Origin: Firmicutes bacterium TM09-10
GTDB taxonomy: Bacteria; Bacteroidota; Bacteroidia; Bacteroidales; UBA932
Assembly: GCA_963650755.1 (NCBI GenBank)
Contig: CAVJMH010000003.1
Location: forward strand, 12,564 to 76,563
DNA length: 64,000 bases
Direction: 5' to 3'
Positions within the stretch are counted from its first letter, which is position 1, and each line of letters opens with the position of its first letter. Below, piece by piece: positions 48,285-58,965 of the stretch. The position numbers were made by a program, and so were the translations under genes. The notes beneath the pieces are model-generated. The model was not told the origin of the DNA. It saw nothing but the letters and a program-made list of their open reading frames with translations, and ran no database searches.

Positions 48285-49838
48285 CTACGCCTTTTCAAGC
48301 CTTCGCGGCGCCACACCTATAGCCTTGGACGGACAGACGAGCCTGCAAAGATGGCAGCCGACACATTTCTTCGCTATGAGATGTGGAGTACGCGTTTCTA
48401 TGTCAAATTCTATGGCCTGATGACCTCCATCATAGCATGAGATATAGCATCTTCCGCATCCTATACATTTGTCGGAACCGAACTTAGGAAGCAAAATCGT
48501 GTCTCTTTCGAGCTGATTATGAGGCACAATAGAGCCGACCGCAGCCCCTACCAAAGAACGGACGTTCTTAAAGCCTTTGACTTTTAAGTAGTACCTCAGG
48601 CCATCTAACAGATCGTCTATGATACGATAACCGTATTGCATTACGGACGTGGTCATCTGAAGACTTCCGGCTCCAAGCGAAATGAACTCTAGAGCGTCCA
48701 CCCAATTCTCTATACCACCCATTCCGCTGATGTGCATTCCGGCAAGTTCCTCACTACGAGACAGATCCGAGATGAAACGAAGCGCTATAGGCTTGACCGC
48801 CTGCCCTGAATATCCGCCCACAATGGAACTGCCGTGCACGTCAGGCTCCGCAGTGAAGGTATTGATATTCACCCCTGTAATACTGTTAATAGTGTTGATG
48901 GCGGCGATACCGTCCGCACCTCCACGCTTAGCCGCTACAGCCATCGGCACCATATCGGTAATGTTAGGCGTCATCTTGGCAAGCAGCGGAAGAGTCGTTC
49001 CTCGACGTGCCGCACGCGTAAATTTCTCTATAAGTCTTGCATCCTGACCAATGGTTATGCCCAGCGAATCCGATTCCATATTAGGACAAGAGAAATTACA
49101 CTCTATGACATCTGCTCCAGCCTCCTGACATTGGCGTGCAAGACTCTCCCACTCTTTCTCATTCTGCCCCATAATGGATGCAATGATAACCTTCTGAGGG
49201 AACTCCGCCTTGAGCTTACGGAATATATCCATATTCTCTTCTACACTATGATCCGAAAGCTGTTCTATGTTCTTAAATCCGCAGAAGGAATTAGAATGAT
49301 TTGAAATGGTAGAAAAACGTGGAGAAGCCTCGTGCTGAGGGAAAGTGCAAATGGTCTTGAAGGCCGCACCAGCCCATCCGGCACGGAAAGCCTTGGCACA
49401 CATTTCATAATTACTTGCTACCACGGAAGATGAAAGGAGGAAAGGATTTTCAAGCTTTACCCCGCAAATATCCATAGTGATATCCGGCTCCTGCGGCACG
49501 ATAAAAGCATCGCGAATCTGATCCTCGCTAACTATTCCGGAATCTACCGTGGCCTGGGCTCCTTCGTAAAGATCATCTATTATCTCTCTTATCCTTACAG
49601 GGGAACTCTTTTTTGTAAGCACGCACTCCCGTTCACAAGGAGCGTCGCAATTAAGACATTTTTCGCCTCGGGTCTTTTCTATGGCACCCATTCCATTACG
49701 GAAATATATGGAGCGAAGGATGTCACCGACCGGAAGCCCTTTCGTACACACTTTCGTACAAGGAGCATCACTGCACAGCAGACACCTGTTCAACTCTGAC
49801 ATATCCAACAACGGATATACCGACACTTTTTTTCCCAT
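48285..49838 (-). CDS. preA: Dihydropyrimidine dehydrogenase PreA fused to an N-terminal Fe-S domain
   Basis: N-terminal CLLCSDAPCTKVC..CLNCDAPCEREC, FMN barrel (NIEQLS, NFSCP, KMTPN, AINT, GGYSG), C-terminal 2x[4Fe-4S]. Confidence 0.88.
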   Translation of the reverse strand: MGKKVSVYPLLDMSELNRCLLCSDAPCTKVCTKGLPVGDILRSIYFRNGMGAIEKTRGEKCLNCDAPCERECVLTKKSSPVRIREIIDDLYEGAQATVDSGIVSEDQIRDAFIVPQEPDITMDICGVKLENPFLLSSSVVASNYEMCAKAFRAGWAGAAFKTICTFPQHEASPRFSTISNHSNSFCGFKNIEQLSDHSVEENMDIFRKLKAEFPQKVIIASIMGQNEKEWESLARQCQEAGADVIECNFSCPNMESDSLGITIGQDARLIEKFTRAARRGTTLPLLAKMTPNITDMVPMAVAAKRGGADGIAAINTINSITGVNINTFTAEPDVHGSSIVGGYSGQAVKPIALRFISDLSRSEELAGMHISGMGGIENWVDALEFISLGAGSLQMTTSVMQYGYRIIDDLLDGLRYYLKVKGFKNVRSLVGAAVGSIVPHNQLERDTILLPKFGSDKCIGCGRCYISCYDGGHQAIEFDIETRTPHLIAKKCVGCHLCRLVCPSKAIGVAPRRLEKA

Positions 49839-49863
49839 TTTATATTACTTTTTTATTTTTCTA

Positions 49864-49871
49864 CAAATGTA
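49864..49871 (-). promoter_or_regulatory. Bacteroidota -7 box for preA-priA
   Basis: Minus strand TACATTTG. Confidence 0.6.
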
Positions 49872-50039
49872 GGCCAATTCAAATCCTCGCCGCGCCATCA
49901 CCTCACCCCATAACAAAAACAAGATACCAGGATAGCAGTAAAGAAAAGCCTACGCATACGAACTTCAAAGTTTGCTAAATTACAAAAAATTAACGAGAAA
50001 AGTATGATATATGCGTTTACATCGATTACCGAATTTAGC

Positions 50040-50047
50040 TATCTTTG
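50040..50047 (+). promoter_or_regulatory. Bacteroidota -7 box for def
   Basis: TATCTTTG, 25 nt before the ATG. Confidence 0.6.
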
Positions 50048-50072
50048 GACTCAGTTATAGTTCTGAAATAAA

Positions 50073-50678
50073 ATGACAAATTCTGTTAAAATCTTCAGCT
50101 GTGTGGTACTCGCCACTGCTCTTTTTTCAAGTTGTACGGACAACGAAAGCTATTGGACAAAGGAAGAAAAGGCTCTCATCACTGAAAGTGAAAACATAAT
50201 GAGAGTATTGACTATAGATAATAAAGTTGATTCACTGGTTCTGCGTCAAAATTGCAAGAACCTTTCCGTGGAAGAAATCGCGAGCGAAGAATATAAGACA
50301 TTGGCCCGTAAAATGATAGCGACAGTAACTTCTCCCGAACAGGATGGAGTGGGAATAGCAGGGCCGCAAGTGGGCATTGTACGCCGAGTAGTGACAGTTC
50401 AGAGATTCGACAAGGAAGGCGAGCCTTTCGAGGTCTATCCTAATATAAGAGTGAGCGCTTGTCGTGGAGAAAAGGAACCGGGCGCAGAAGGGTGTCTGAG
50501 CATTCCAGGCAGAAGAGGTGAAGTGCTTCGCTATCGCGACATAGACATTACATACACGTCGCCTTCAACGTTGAAAGATACCACAGAAACCATAAACGGA
50601 TTCACCGCCGTCATCTTTCAGCACGAATGCGACCATCTCGACGGAGTGCTTTATATAGATTACATCGAAAACAAGTAA
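50073..50678 (+). CDS. def: Peptide deformylase with predicted lipoprotein signal peptide
   Basis: GVGIAGPQVG, EGCLS, QHECDHLDG. N-terminus MTNSVKIFSCVVLATALFSS-C. Confidence 0.9.
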   Translation: MTNSVKIFSCVVLATALFSSCTDNESYWTKEEKALITESENIMRVLTIDNKVDSLVLRQNCKNLSVEEIASEEYKTLARKMIATVTSPEQDGVGIAGPQVGIVRRVVTVQRFDKEGEPFEVYPNIRVSACRGEKEPGAEGCLSIPGRRGEVLRYRDIDITYTSPSTLKDTTETINGFTAVIFQHECDHLDGVLYIDYIENK

Positions 50679-50725
50679 TAATCAAAAGCACTTAAACATC
50701 TATCAAACAACGGGAAAAGGCACAA

Positions 50726-51679
50726 TTACCTTCGCAGGGCCCTGGTGTGCAAATTAATGCGATACTTGAAAGTACTTTTTCCCTTATAGAAGAAAAGGGC
50801 TAAAGTATTCTGGTCCTGAAAATAGACCTTCGAAAGAAAACGGTCAGTCTTACGGTTCTGACACGCAGGCTCCGCCCATACCAGCAGATATGAAGAAGTC
50901 TTATCATTCTTTACCACTACGACGGAATACCCTCTGACATCACAAACAGCTGCCTCAAGCCTACCTTCCGTATCCTTTTTAGCCTTATTGAACGCCTTGT
51001 AAATAGAACACTCCTCGGATATAGTGCCAAATTCTATGGTCCTGGCTCCACTCAACGCCTTGGGATTACTTTCGAGCCACCACGCTATGTACCTGTCACT
51101 CAGATAATCCGAGCGCGAAAGTACCACAAATCTTTCATCCGAGGCTATAACCCTCTGAAGGTAATCTATCCTCGCTTTCTGCTCATCTCCTACGGCCTCT
51201 GACCTGCTCTGGCCCTCAAGCCGGAAGTTCGCCGGGGAAAAGCCGTCTTTGCGCGAAGAAATGTCTTTCCCCGTAAACACTAAGGTAGAAAGCGTGTAAT
51301 CGTCTATCCCATAAAGAGAAAGAAAATAAGAATACTCCCTGTCCCCGTGCGCCACCACGTAAGAATAAAGAAGGCAATTCCTGTCATCTACCTTAACAAG
51401 AGAGACCGTGTCGCATTTGTCCACCAAGACGTCGGAGCCAAAAAGTTCAATAGGAAAAACCGACGGCTTCCCGTAATTTTTCCACTTTTTACCTTTCTTC
51501 TGATAATGATTTATTACTACAGTAGAATCTTTTGGGTCCAAAGCCACCGCAAAAGTCTTCTTCCCTTCGCCATATTCAAAACAATGCTCGTAACTGTCAA
51601 ACGGGTTAAATCCTCTTCCCTGTGCAAATGCGCCAAGCGCCGAAAATAAAACTATGATTACTAATAATACCTTTCTCAT
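50726..51679 (-). CDS. Hypothetical exported protein
   Basis: 317 aa, Sec signal peptide (MRKVLLVIIVLFSALGAFA-Q), coupled to kbl by a 1-nt overlap. Confidence 0.75.
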   Translation of the reverse strand: MRKVLLVIIVLFSALGAFAQGRGFNPFDSYEHCFEYGEGKKTFAVALDPKDSTVVINHYQKKGKKWKNYGKPSVFPIELFGSDVLVDKCDTVSLVKVDDRNCLLYSYVVAHGDREYSYFLSLYGIDDYTLSTLVFTGKDISSRKDGFSPANFRLEGQSRSEAVGDEQKARIDYLQRVIASDERFVVLSRSDYLSDRYIAWWLESNPKALSGARTIEFGTISEECSIYKAFNKAKKDTEGRLEAAVCDVRGYSVVVVKNDKTSSYLLVWAEPACQNRKTDRFLSKVYFQDQNTLALFFYKGKSTFKYRINLHTRALRR

Positions 51680-52869
51680 CAGCGGATAACTCCTAATTCC
51701 TTTCCTACTTTCACAAAACCTTCTATCGCCTTGTCAAGCTGCTCACGAGTGTGCGCGGCGCTGAGCTGCACCCTTATCCTCGCTTGGCCCTGTGGAACTA
51801 CCGGGTAATAGAATCCGGTAACAAATATCCCCTCACGGGCGACAGACTCCGCAAAACGCTGACTAAGAGGAGCATCGTAAAGCATTATGGCACAGATAGC
51901 ACTCTGAGTAGGCTTAATATCAAACCCCTCACTTAACATACGTGTGCGGAAATACTCAACATTTTCAAAAAGACGCTTATGTAGTTCATCGCTTTCTTCG
52001 AGCATCTTGAAAAGTTCTATCCCCGCGGCAGCTATCATAGGAGGAAGAGAATTCGAGAATAGATATGGACGACTGCGCTGCCTAAGCATTTCTATAATCT
52101 CCTTACGGCCAGTAGTAAAACCGCCCACGGCTCCTCCGAAAGCCTTGCCGAGTGTGCCTGTGTGTATATCCACCCTTCCATAACAGTCATAAAGCTCAGC
52201 TACTCCACGGCCAGTAGGACCTACAACTCCGGCGCTGTGGCTTTCATCCACCATCACCAAAGCATCGTATTTCTCAGCCAGATCGCAAATTCCCTTCAAA
52301 GGAGCTACATTGCCATCCATGGAGAAGACCCCGTCCGTAACTATTATTCTAAACCTCTGAGCCTGCGCAAGCTGAAGACATTTTTCAAGGTCGGCAAGGT
52401 CAGCATTAGCATAACGATATCTTACTGCCTTACAGAGCCTTACCCCATCTATAATGGATGCGTGATTAAGAGAATCGGAGATAATGGCATCTTCCGCAGT
52501 GAAAAGAGGCTCGAACACACCTCCGTTCGCATCGAAACAAGCGGCGTAGAGAATAGTATCCTCTGTCTTAAAATAATGTGCTATGGCCTTTTCAAGCTCA
52601 AGGTGAAGATCCTGCGTACCGCAGATAAAACGTACGGAACTCATACCATAACCACGCTCCTGCATCGCCTTATAGGCTGCCTTAATCAGACGGGGAGAGT
52701 CTGCAAGACCCAGATAGTTATTGGCACAGAAATTAAGTGCCTTACTGCCGTCGGAGAGTGTTATCTCGGCCCCCTGCGCACTGCAGATGGTCCTTTCTTT
52801 TTTATATAGGCCTGCCTGACGGATTTCGTCAAGCTGTCCTTGAAGGTGATTTTGGAATTTGCCGTACAT
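51679..52869 (-). CDS. kbl: Glycine C-acetyltransferase (2-amino-3-ketobutyrate CoA ligase)
   Basis: NFCANNYLGL, SVRFICGT, NHASIIDG, DGVFSMDG, GTLGKA, RPYLFSNS. Confidence 0.97.
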   Translation of the reverse strand: MYGKFQNHLQGQLDEIRQAGLYKKERTICSAQGAEITLSDGSKALNFCANNYLGLADSPRLIKAAYKAMQERGYGMSSVRFICGTQDLHLELEKAIAHYFKTEDTILYAACFDANGGVFEPLFTAEDAIISDSLNHASIIDGVRLCKAVRYRYANADLADLEKCLQLAQAQRFRIIVTDGVFSMDGNVAPLKGICDLAEKYDALVMVDESHSAGVVGPTGRGVAELYDCYGRVDIHTGTLGKAFGGAVGGFTTGRKEIIEMLRQRSRPYLFSNSLPPMIAAAGIELFKMLEESDELHKRLFENVEYFRTRMLSEGFDIKPTQSAICAIMLYDAPLSQRFAESVAREGIFVTGFYYPVVPQGQARIRVQLSAAHTREQLDKAIEGFVKVGKELGVIR

Positions 52870-52876
52870 AGTGCTA

Positions 52877-53833
52877 TTACTTGGTTAACTTTATCTGAAG
52901 ATTCTTAATCATATCCTGCGTCATGCCATCCAAATCATAAGACGGAGCCCATCCCCACTCCTTTCGAGCACAGGTGTCATCCATATTATCTGGCCAAGAA
53001 TCGGCAATGGACTGTCTTACAGGGTCCACCTCATAACGCATCTTGAAAGACGGGATGTATTTACGGATAGAAGCGGCTATCTGCTCCGGATCGAAACTCA
53101 TGGACGCTATGTTAAATGAATTGCGGTGCTTAAGATAACGAGGATTGGCCTGCATTATATCCACCGCAGCTCTAAGAGCATCAGGCATATACATCATATC
53201 CATAAGGGTCCCGGCAGCTATAGGGCATACAAACTCTTCGCCTTTGACCGCCGCATAATATATCTCCACCGCGTAATCGGTAGTGCCTCCGCCAGGAAGT
53301 GTCGTGTAACTTATGAGCCCGGGGAAACGTACCGAACGGGTATCGACGCCATACCTATGGTAATAGTAATCGCTCAAAAGTTCCGTAGCCACCTTAGTTA
53401 CGCCATACATAGAAGTAGGCCTCTGAATGGTGTCCTGCGGAGTATTCTTATGCGGAGTGGACGGCCCGAATGAACCTATCGAAGATGGGGTGAACACCGC
53501 ACAATGCTTTTCCCTTGCGACTTCAAGGACATTTATCAGACCGTTCATCTGTATGTCCCAAGCCTTGAGAGGCAGTCTTTCGGCCGTAGCGGAAAGAAGC
53601 GCCGCGAGATTATAGATGGTGTCGATGTCATATTTGTCCACCGCATCAGCAATCTGCTTTACCGTACACACATCCACCACTTCACATGGGCCGCTTGACA
53701 AGAGCTTTCCCTGAGGTTCACATCCACGGATATAACCAGCGACCACCTTCCCGTTAGGAAAGGTGCGCCGCAGAAGCATCGTCAGTTCAGAGCCTATCTG
53801 ACCTGTGGACTCTATTACCAGTATGTTTTTCAC
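52877..53833 (-). CDS. tdh: L-threonine 3-dehydrogenase (SDR type)
   Basis: LAALLSA, PSSI, YGVTK, PGGGTTDYA, IADSWP. Adjacent to kbl. GTG start. Confidence 0.88.
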   Translation of the reverse strand: MKNILVIESTGQIGSELTMLLRRTFPNGKVVAGYIRGCEPQGKLLSSGPCEVVDVCTVKQIADAVDKYDIDTIYNLAALLSATAERLPLKAWDIQMNGLINVLEVAREKHCAVFTPSSIGSFGPSTPHKNTPQDTIQRPTSMYGVTKVATELLSDYYYHRYGVDTRSVRFPGLISYTTLPGGGTTDYAVEIYYAAVKGEEFVCPIAAGTLMDMMYMPDALRAAVDIMQANPRYLKHRNSFNIASMSFDPEQIAASIRKYIPSFKMRYEVDPVRQSIADSWPDNMDDTCARKEWGWAPSYDLDGMTQDMIKNLQIKLTK

Positions 53834-53837
53834 TTAC

Positions 53838-54830
53838 TTACTTGAGTTCTTTGAACTTTTCAGAAGAAATCTTCTTCGCCTTAAGTGTAGCAGTCTCTTT
53901 AATCTTCTCTATGACCTTCTGATCTTCAACCTGTTCTGCAAGTCTTTCAACCTGCTTCTGGTCGTGAAGAACATTATTGACCGCTTCGTTTATCATATCC
54001 TCAGGGACATTGCCAATTCCGTACATAGCATACTGATATGTAACAAAAGCCTTGGCCGCGTCTTTAAGATCATCCGCACTTATCTGAAGTTCAAACTTCT
54101 TCATAAGGGAGTCACGCACAAGCTGCCATTTGAAATCCTCCACAAATGCAGGAAATTCCTTTTCCACATCTTCTGCGGTTACCTTACCCTCATTGGCATG
54201 AAAAAGCCATCTTTTAAGGAACGCTTCCGGAAGCTCTATAGCCGCCTTTGCTACATAAAAATCACGTATGTCCTTAGATAGTCTCCACGTAGCCTCCTGC
54301 TTGTAGTTCTCCTTCAGACGTTCAGAAACTTCCTTCTCTATGTCTTCGTCGCTCTTTTCTTCTTTCTTGGACTCGTAATACTTTTTAAGGTTCTCTGTCA
54401 TCTCTTCCTTGTCCTTAGCAGACACGGTAACCGTATAATTTGGAATCTCATCCTCTGCTACGACATCCACATTAATCTCAGGTCTAAGACCCAAATCGAA
54501 AACAAAAGTAAAATCCTTACCGCTTTCCCATTCTACTTCTGGCTGATTTTCGCTTGAAAGAGGTTCTCCGAGAATATGAAGTTTCTCATCGTCAATGAAT
54601 TTCTGAAGTCCTTCACCTATAGTCTCATTAATGGAATCAGCAAGTATCTGACCTCCGTACACTCTCTGCACCAGGCTCATAGGTACGTTGCCCTTACGAA
54701 ATCCTTTAAAGTCCGCCTTACGCCTGCATTCCGCAAGTTTCTTTCTCTCAATCTCGGCATAATCGGCAGCCTCGATGTTCATGGTAAGCTCAATATTAAG
54801 CTTATCGATTTGATTTTTAGTAAATTTCAT
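53838..54830 (-). CDS. tig: Trigger factor, short form
   Basis: Ribosome-binding GFRKGNVP and C-terminal LPEAFLKRWL..KWQL. Only 330 aa. Confidence 0.88.
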   Translation of the reverse strand: MKFTKNQIDKLNIELTMNIEAADYAEIERKKLAECRRKADFKGFRKGNVPMSLVQRVYGGQILADSINETIGEGLQKFIDDEKLHILGEPLSSENQPEVEWESGKDFTFVFDLGLRPEINVDVVAEDEIPNYTVTVSAKDKEEMTENLKKYYESKKEEKSDEDIEKEVSERLKENYKQEATWRLSKDIRDFYVAKAAIELPEAFLKRWLFHANEGKVTAEDVEKEFPAFVEDFKWQLVRDSLMKKFELQISADDLKDAAKAFVTYQYAMYGIGNVPEDMINEAVNNVLHDQKQVERLAEQVEDQKVIEKIKETATLKAKKISSEKFKELK

Positions 54831-54838
54831 TTTTATTA

Positions 54839-56851
54839 TTATTTGATTTTTCTTTTCGGATATTTAATTCTTTCGTGATATACACCACCCAGATATGTCT
54901 TCATAACATCCTTAACGACAGTCATTTCCTTGACGGTAATATCAGCCTGCTCGAATTGGCCTTCTTCTGTCTTATATGCAAATATTCTCTCCACAAGTTC
55001 AGAAATGCTTTCAGAAGAATAATCTTTCAATGAACGTGAAGCCGCTTCTATGGAATCGCTGAGCATAAGGATGACCTGTTCTTTCGTCTTAGGCTTCGGC
55101 CCGGGATAACAGAATTCACTCTTATGTACAGGATCTCCTCCCTCCTTGATATATTTATCATAAAAGAATGACACCAAAGTGGTTCCGTGATGCGTTAGAA
55201 TAAAATCACTTATCACTGAAGGTAACCTGTATTTATGGGCGAGCTCCATGCCGTCGCTTACATGCCTTATTATTTCCTGGGCACTTTGCAAAGGAGAAAG
55301 GTCGTCGTGATATTTTAAAGAAGAATTAGTAAGAGACTCGTTCTCCACAAAGCACAATGGATTATGAATTTTACCCACATCGTGATACAGAGCCCCGGCC
55401 TTTACAAGGTTTTCATCTGCATTTATAGCCCTGGCTGCAGCAGAAGCGAGATTCATCACCTGCAGAGAATGCTGAAACGTTCCCGGTGCCTTCTGCTCAA
55501 GAAAACGAAGAAGCTCATTGGACGTGTCGGAAAGCTCTTGAAGCTTAGCGGATGAGACCAGATTGAACATTCTCTCAAGAAGATAGATGAAAGGATGAAA
55601 AGCCACTATGAGAATAGAGCCCACGAAAAGCATTCCTACGGTCAGCAGCAAGTCAGTGTTAATCACTCCTACCGCCTCGAAAGCCATGAATATGACCAAT
55701 GTAACCACAAAAGTGATGAGCGAAGAGATGAACTGCTTGACTCCCTTTGAAAAATGCTTGAATACATAAAGAGTTACCGTTCCAGGCACCAGATATAGGA
55801 AAAATAAGGCGGCACCGTTCTCGGCGAACAGAAGAAGCGGCATCAACGAAACTATGTACACGGGATAGATGAGCTTCGTCTTGAAGAAAGCCTGAAGATA
55901 AAGCGCACCTATGCAAAGCGGACATATATATATCAGTTCCGGTAAAAACTTTATGAAAAGAAGTTCAGTCAAGGCCATGAAGGCGAAGACCGTGAGAATA
56001 TACAGATAATGGTTATACTGTTTGAGGACAGCCGGATTAGTGAAATATATGGCGAAAAACAGGCACACCATAATTCCCAAGAGCAAAAGTGCGTTACCCA
56101 GAATGATAAGTGCCGAAGGTCTGTCGCTGCCCAGATTATGCTCATATTCAGTCTTATACGAATCGAGCATCTGCTCTATCTCGGATGTCACAAGTTCACC
56201 GTTACTTACGATTATGGTTCCCGCATTAACGTAACCCGAAGTAACGGAGATGTCATCGGCATTCTGCTTGTGCACCAAGTCCGTAAGCTGACTGTCATAG
56301 ATAAGATTTGGCACTATCAGATCACCTACAGAATAGGCCTTGCTAAGGGAATCCACATTAAGATCCGGACAATCCGTCGAAAGAGCGCGCATCAAGGCAG
56401 TTCTGGCTTGAGATACAAGATAAACTTCCGAAGATGGTATCTTTTCCGCTCTCTTGCCCTTCTGAACGAATATCAATTCACCTGTCTGGGCATCATCGGC
56501 CAGCACACCCTTAGTGTAAATATCGGAAATGTGTCTTGCAAGTGAAGACTTGAAAAGCGGATACTCGGCTATATTCAAATCGTCAAGCCGCCGGAATTCC
56601 TCGATCGAAATATCGGACGAGAGCTTATAGTAAGGTATCACATTGGCCGAACGTTCGGCCCTTTCCTTAGCAAGCTGAACGTTAGTCTTCAGAATAGGAA
56701 AGTCAAACTGCGCCACGAGAGTCTCATAGTGCCATGCCTGACCTTTCGAATATTCATAACCCCATTTCGCGTTACTTGGAACGAAAAGCAGAAGGATAAT
56801 GAAAATCGCAACCAGCGGCAGTATTATTTTCAACTTCAATGAGACTTTCAT
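54839..56851 (-). CDS. 7TM-HD phosphohydrolase (PgpH-like)
   Basis: Extracytoplasmic domain, TM bundle, APGTFQHS, YHDVGK, HHGT, LSDSIEAASRS, HERIKYP. Confidence 0.9.
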   Translation of the reverse strand: MKVSLKLKIILPLVAIFIILLLFVPSNAKWGYEYSKGQAWHYETLVAQFDFPILKTNVQLAKERAERSANVIPYYKLSSDISIEEFRRLDDLNIAEYPLFKSSLARHISDIYTKGVLADDAQTGELIFVQKGKRAEKIPSSEVYLVSQARTALMRALSTDCPDLNVDSLSKAYSVGDLIVPNLIYDSQLTDLVHKQNADDISVTSGYVNAGTIIVSNGELVTSEIEQMLDSYKTEYEHNLGSDRPSALIILGNALLLLGIMVCLFFAIYFTNPAVLKQYNHYLYILTVFAFMALTELLFIKFLPELIYICPLCIGALYLQAFFKTKLIYPVYIVSLMPLLLFAENGAALFFLYLVPGTVTLYVFKHFSKGVKQFISSLITFVVTLVIFMAFEAVGVINTDLLLTVGMLFVGSILIVAFHPFIYLLERMFNLVSSAKLQELSDTSNELLRFLEQKAPGTFQHSLQVMNLASAAARAINADENLVKAGALYHDVGKIHNPLCFVENESLTNSSLKYHDDLSPLQSAQEIIRHVSDGMELAHKYRLPSVISDFILTHHGTTLVSFFYDKYIKEGGDPVHKSEFCYPGPKPKTKEQVILMLSDSIEAASRSLKDYSSESISELVERIFAYKTEEGQFEQADITVKEMTVVKDVMKTYLGGVYHERIKYPKRKIK

Positions 56852-56857
56852 GACAGT

Positions 56858-58933
<2,076 letters not shown>

Positions 58934-58965
58934 GCAAAAAATCAGCGCAAGTGCAAATGGAATTT

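Noticed and set aside
49872..50039. Intergenic gap between preA and def as a possible sRNA or riboswitch
   Set aside because: No convincing stem, terminator or known motif found by eye.
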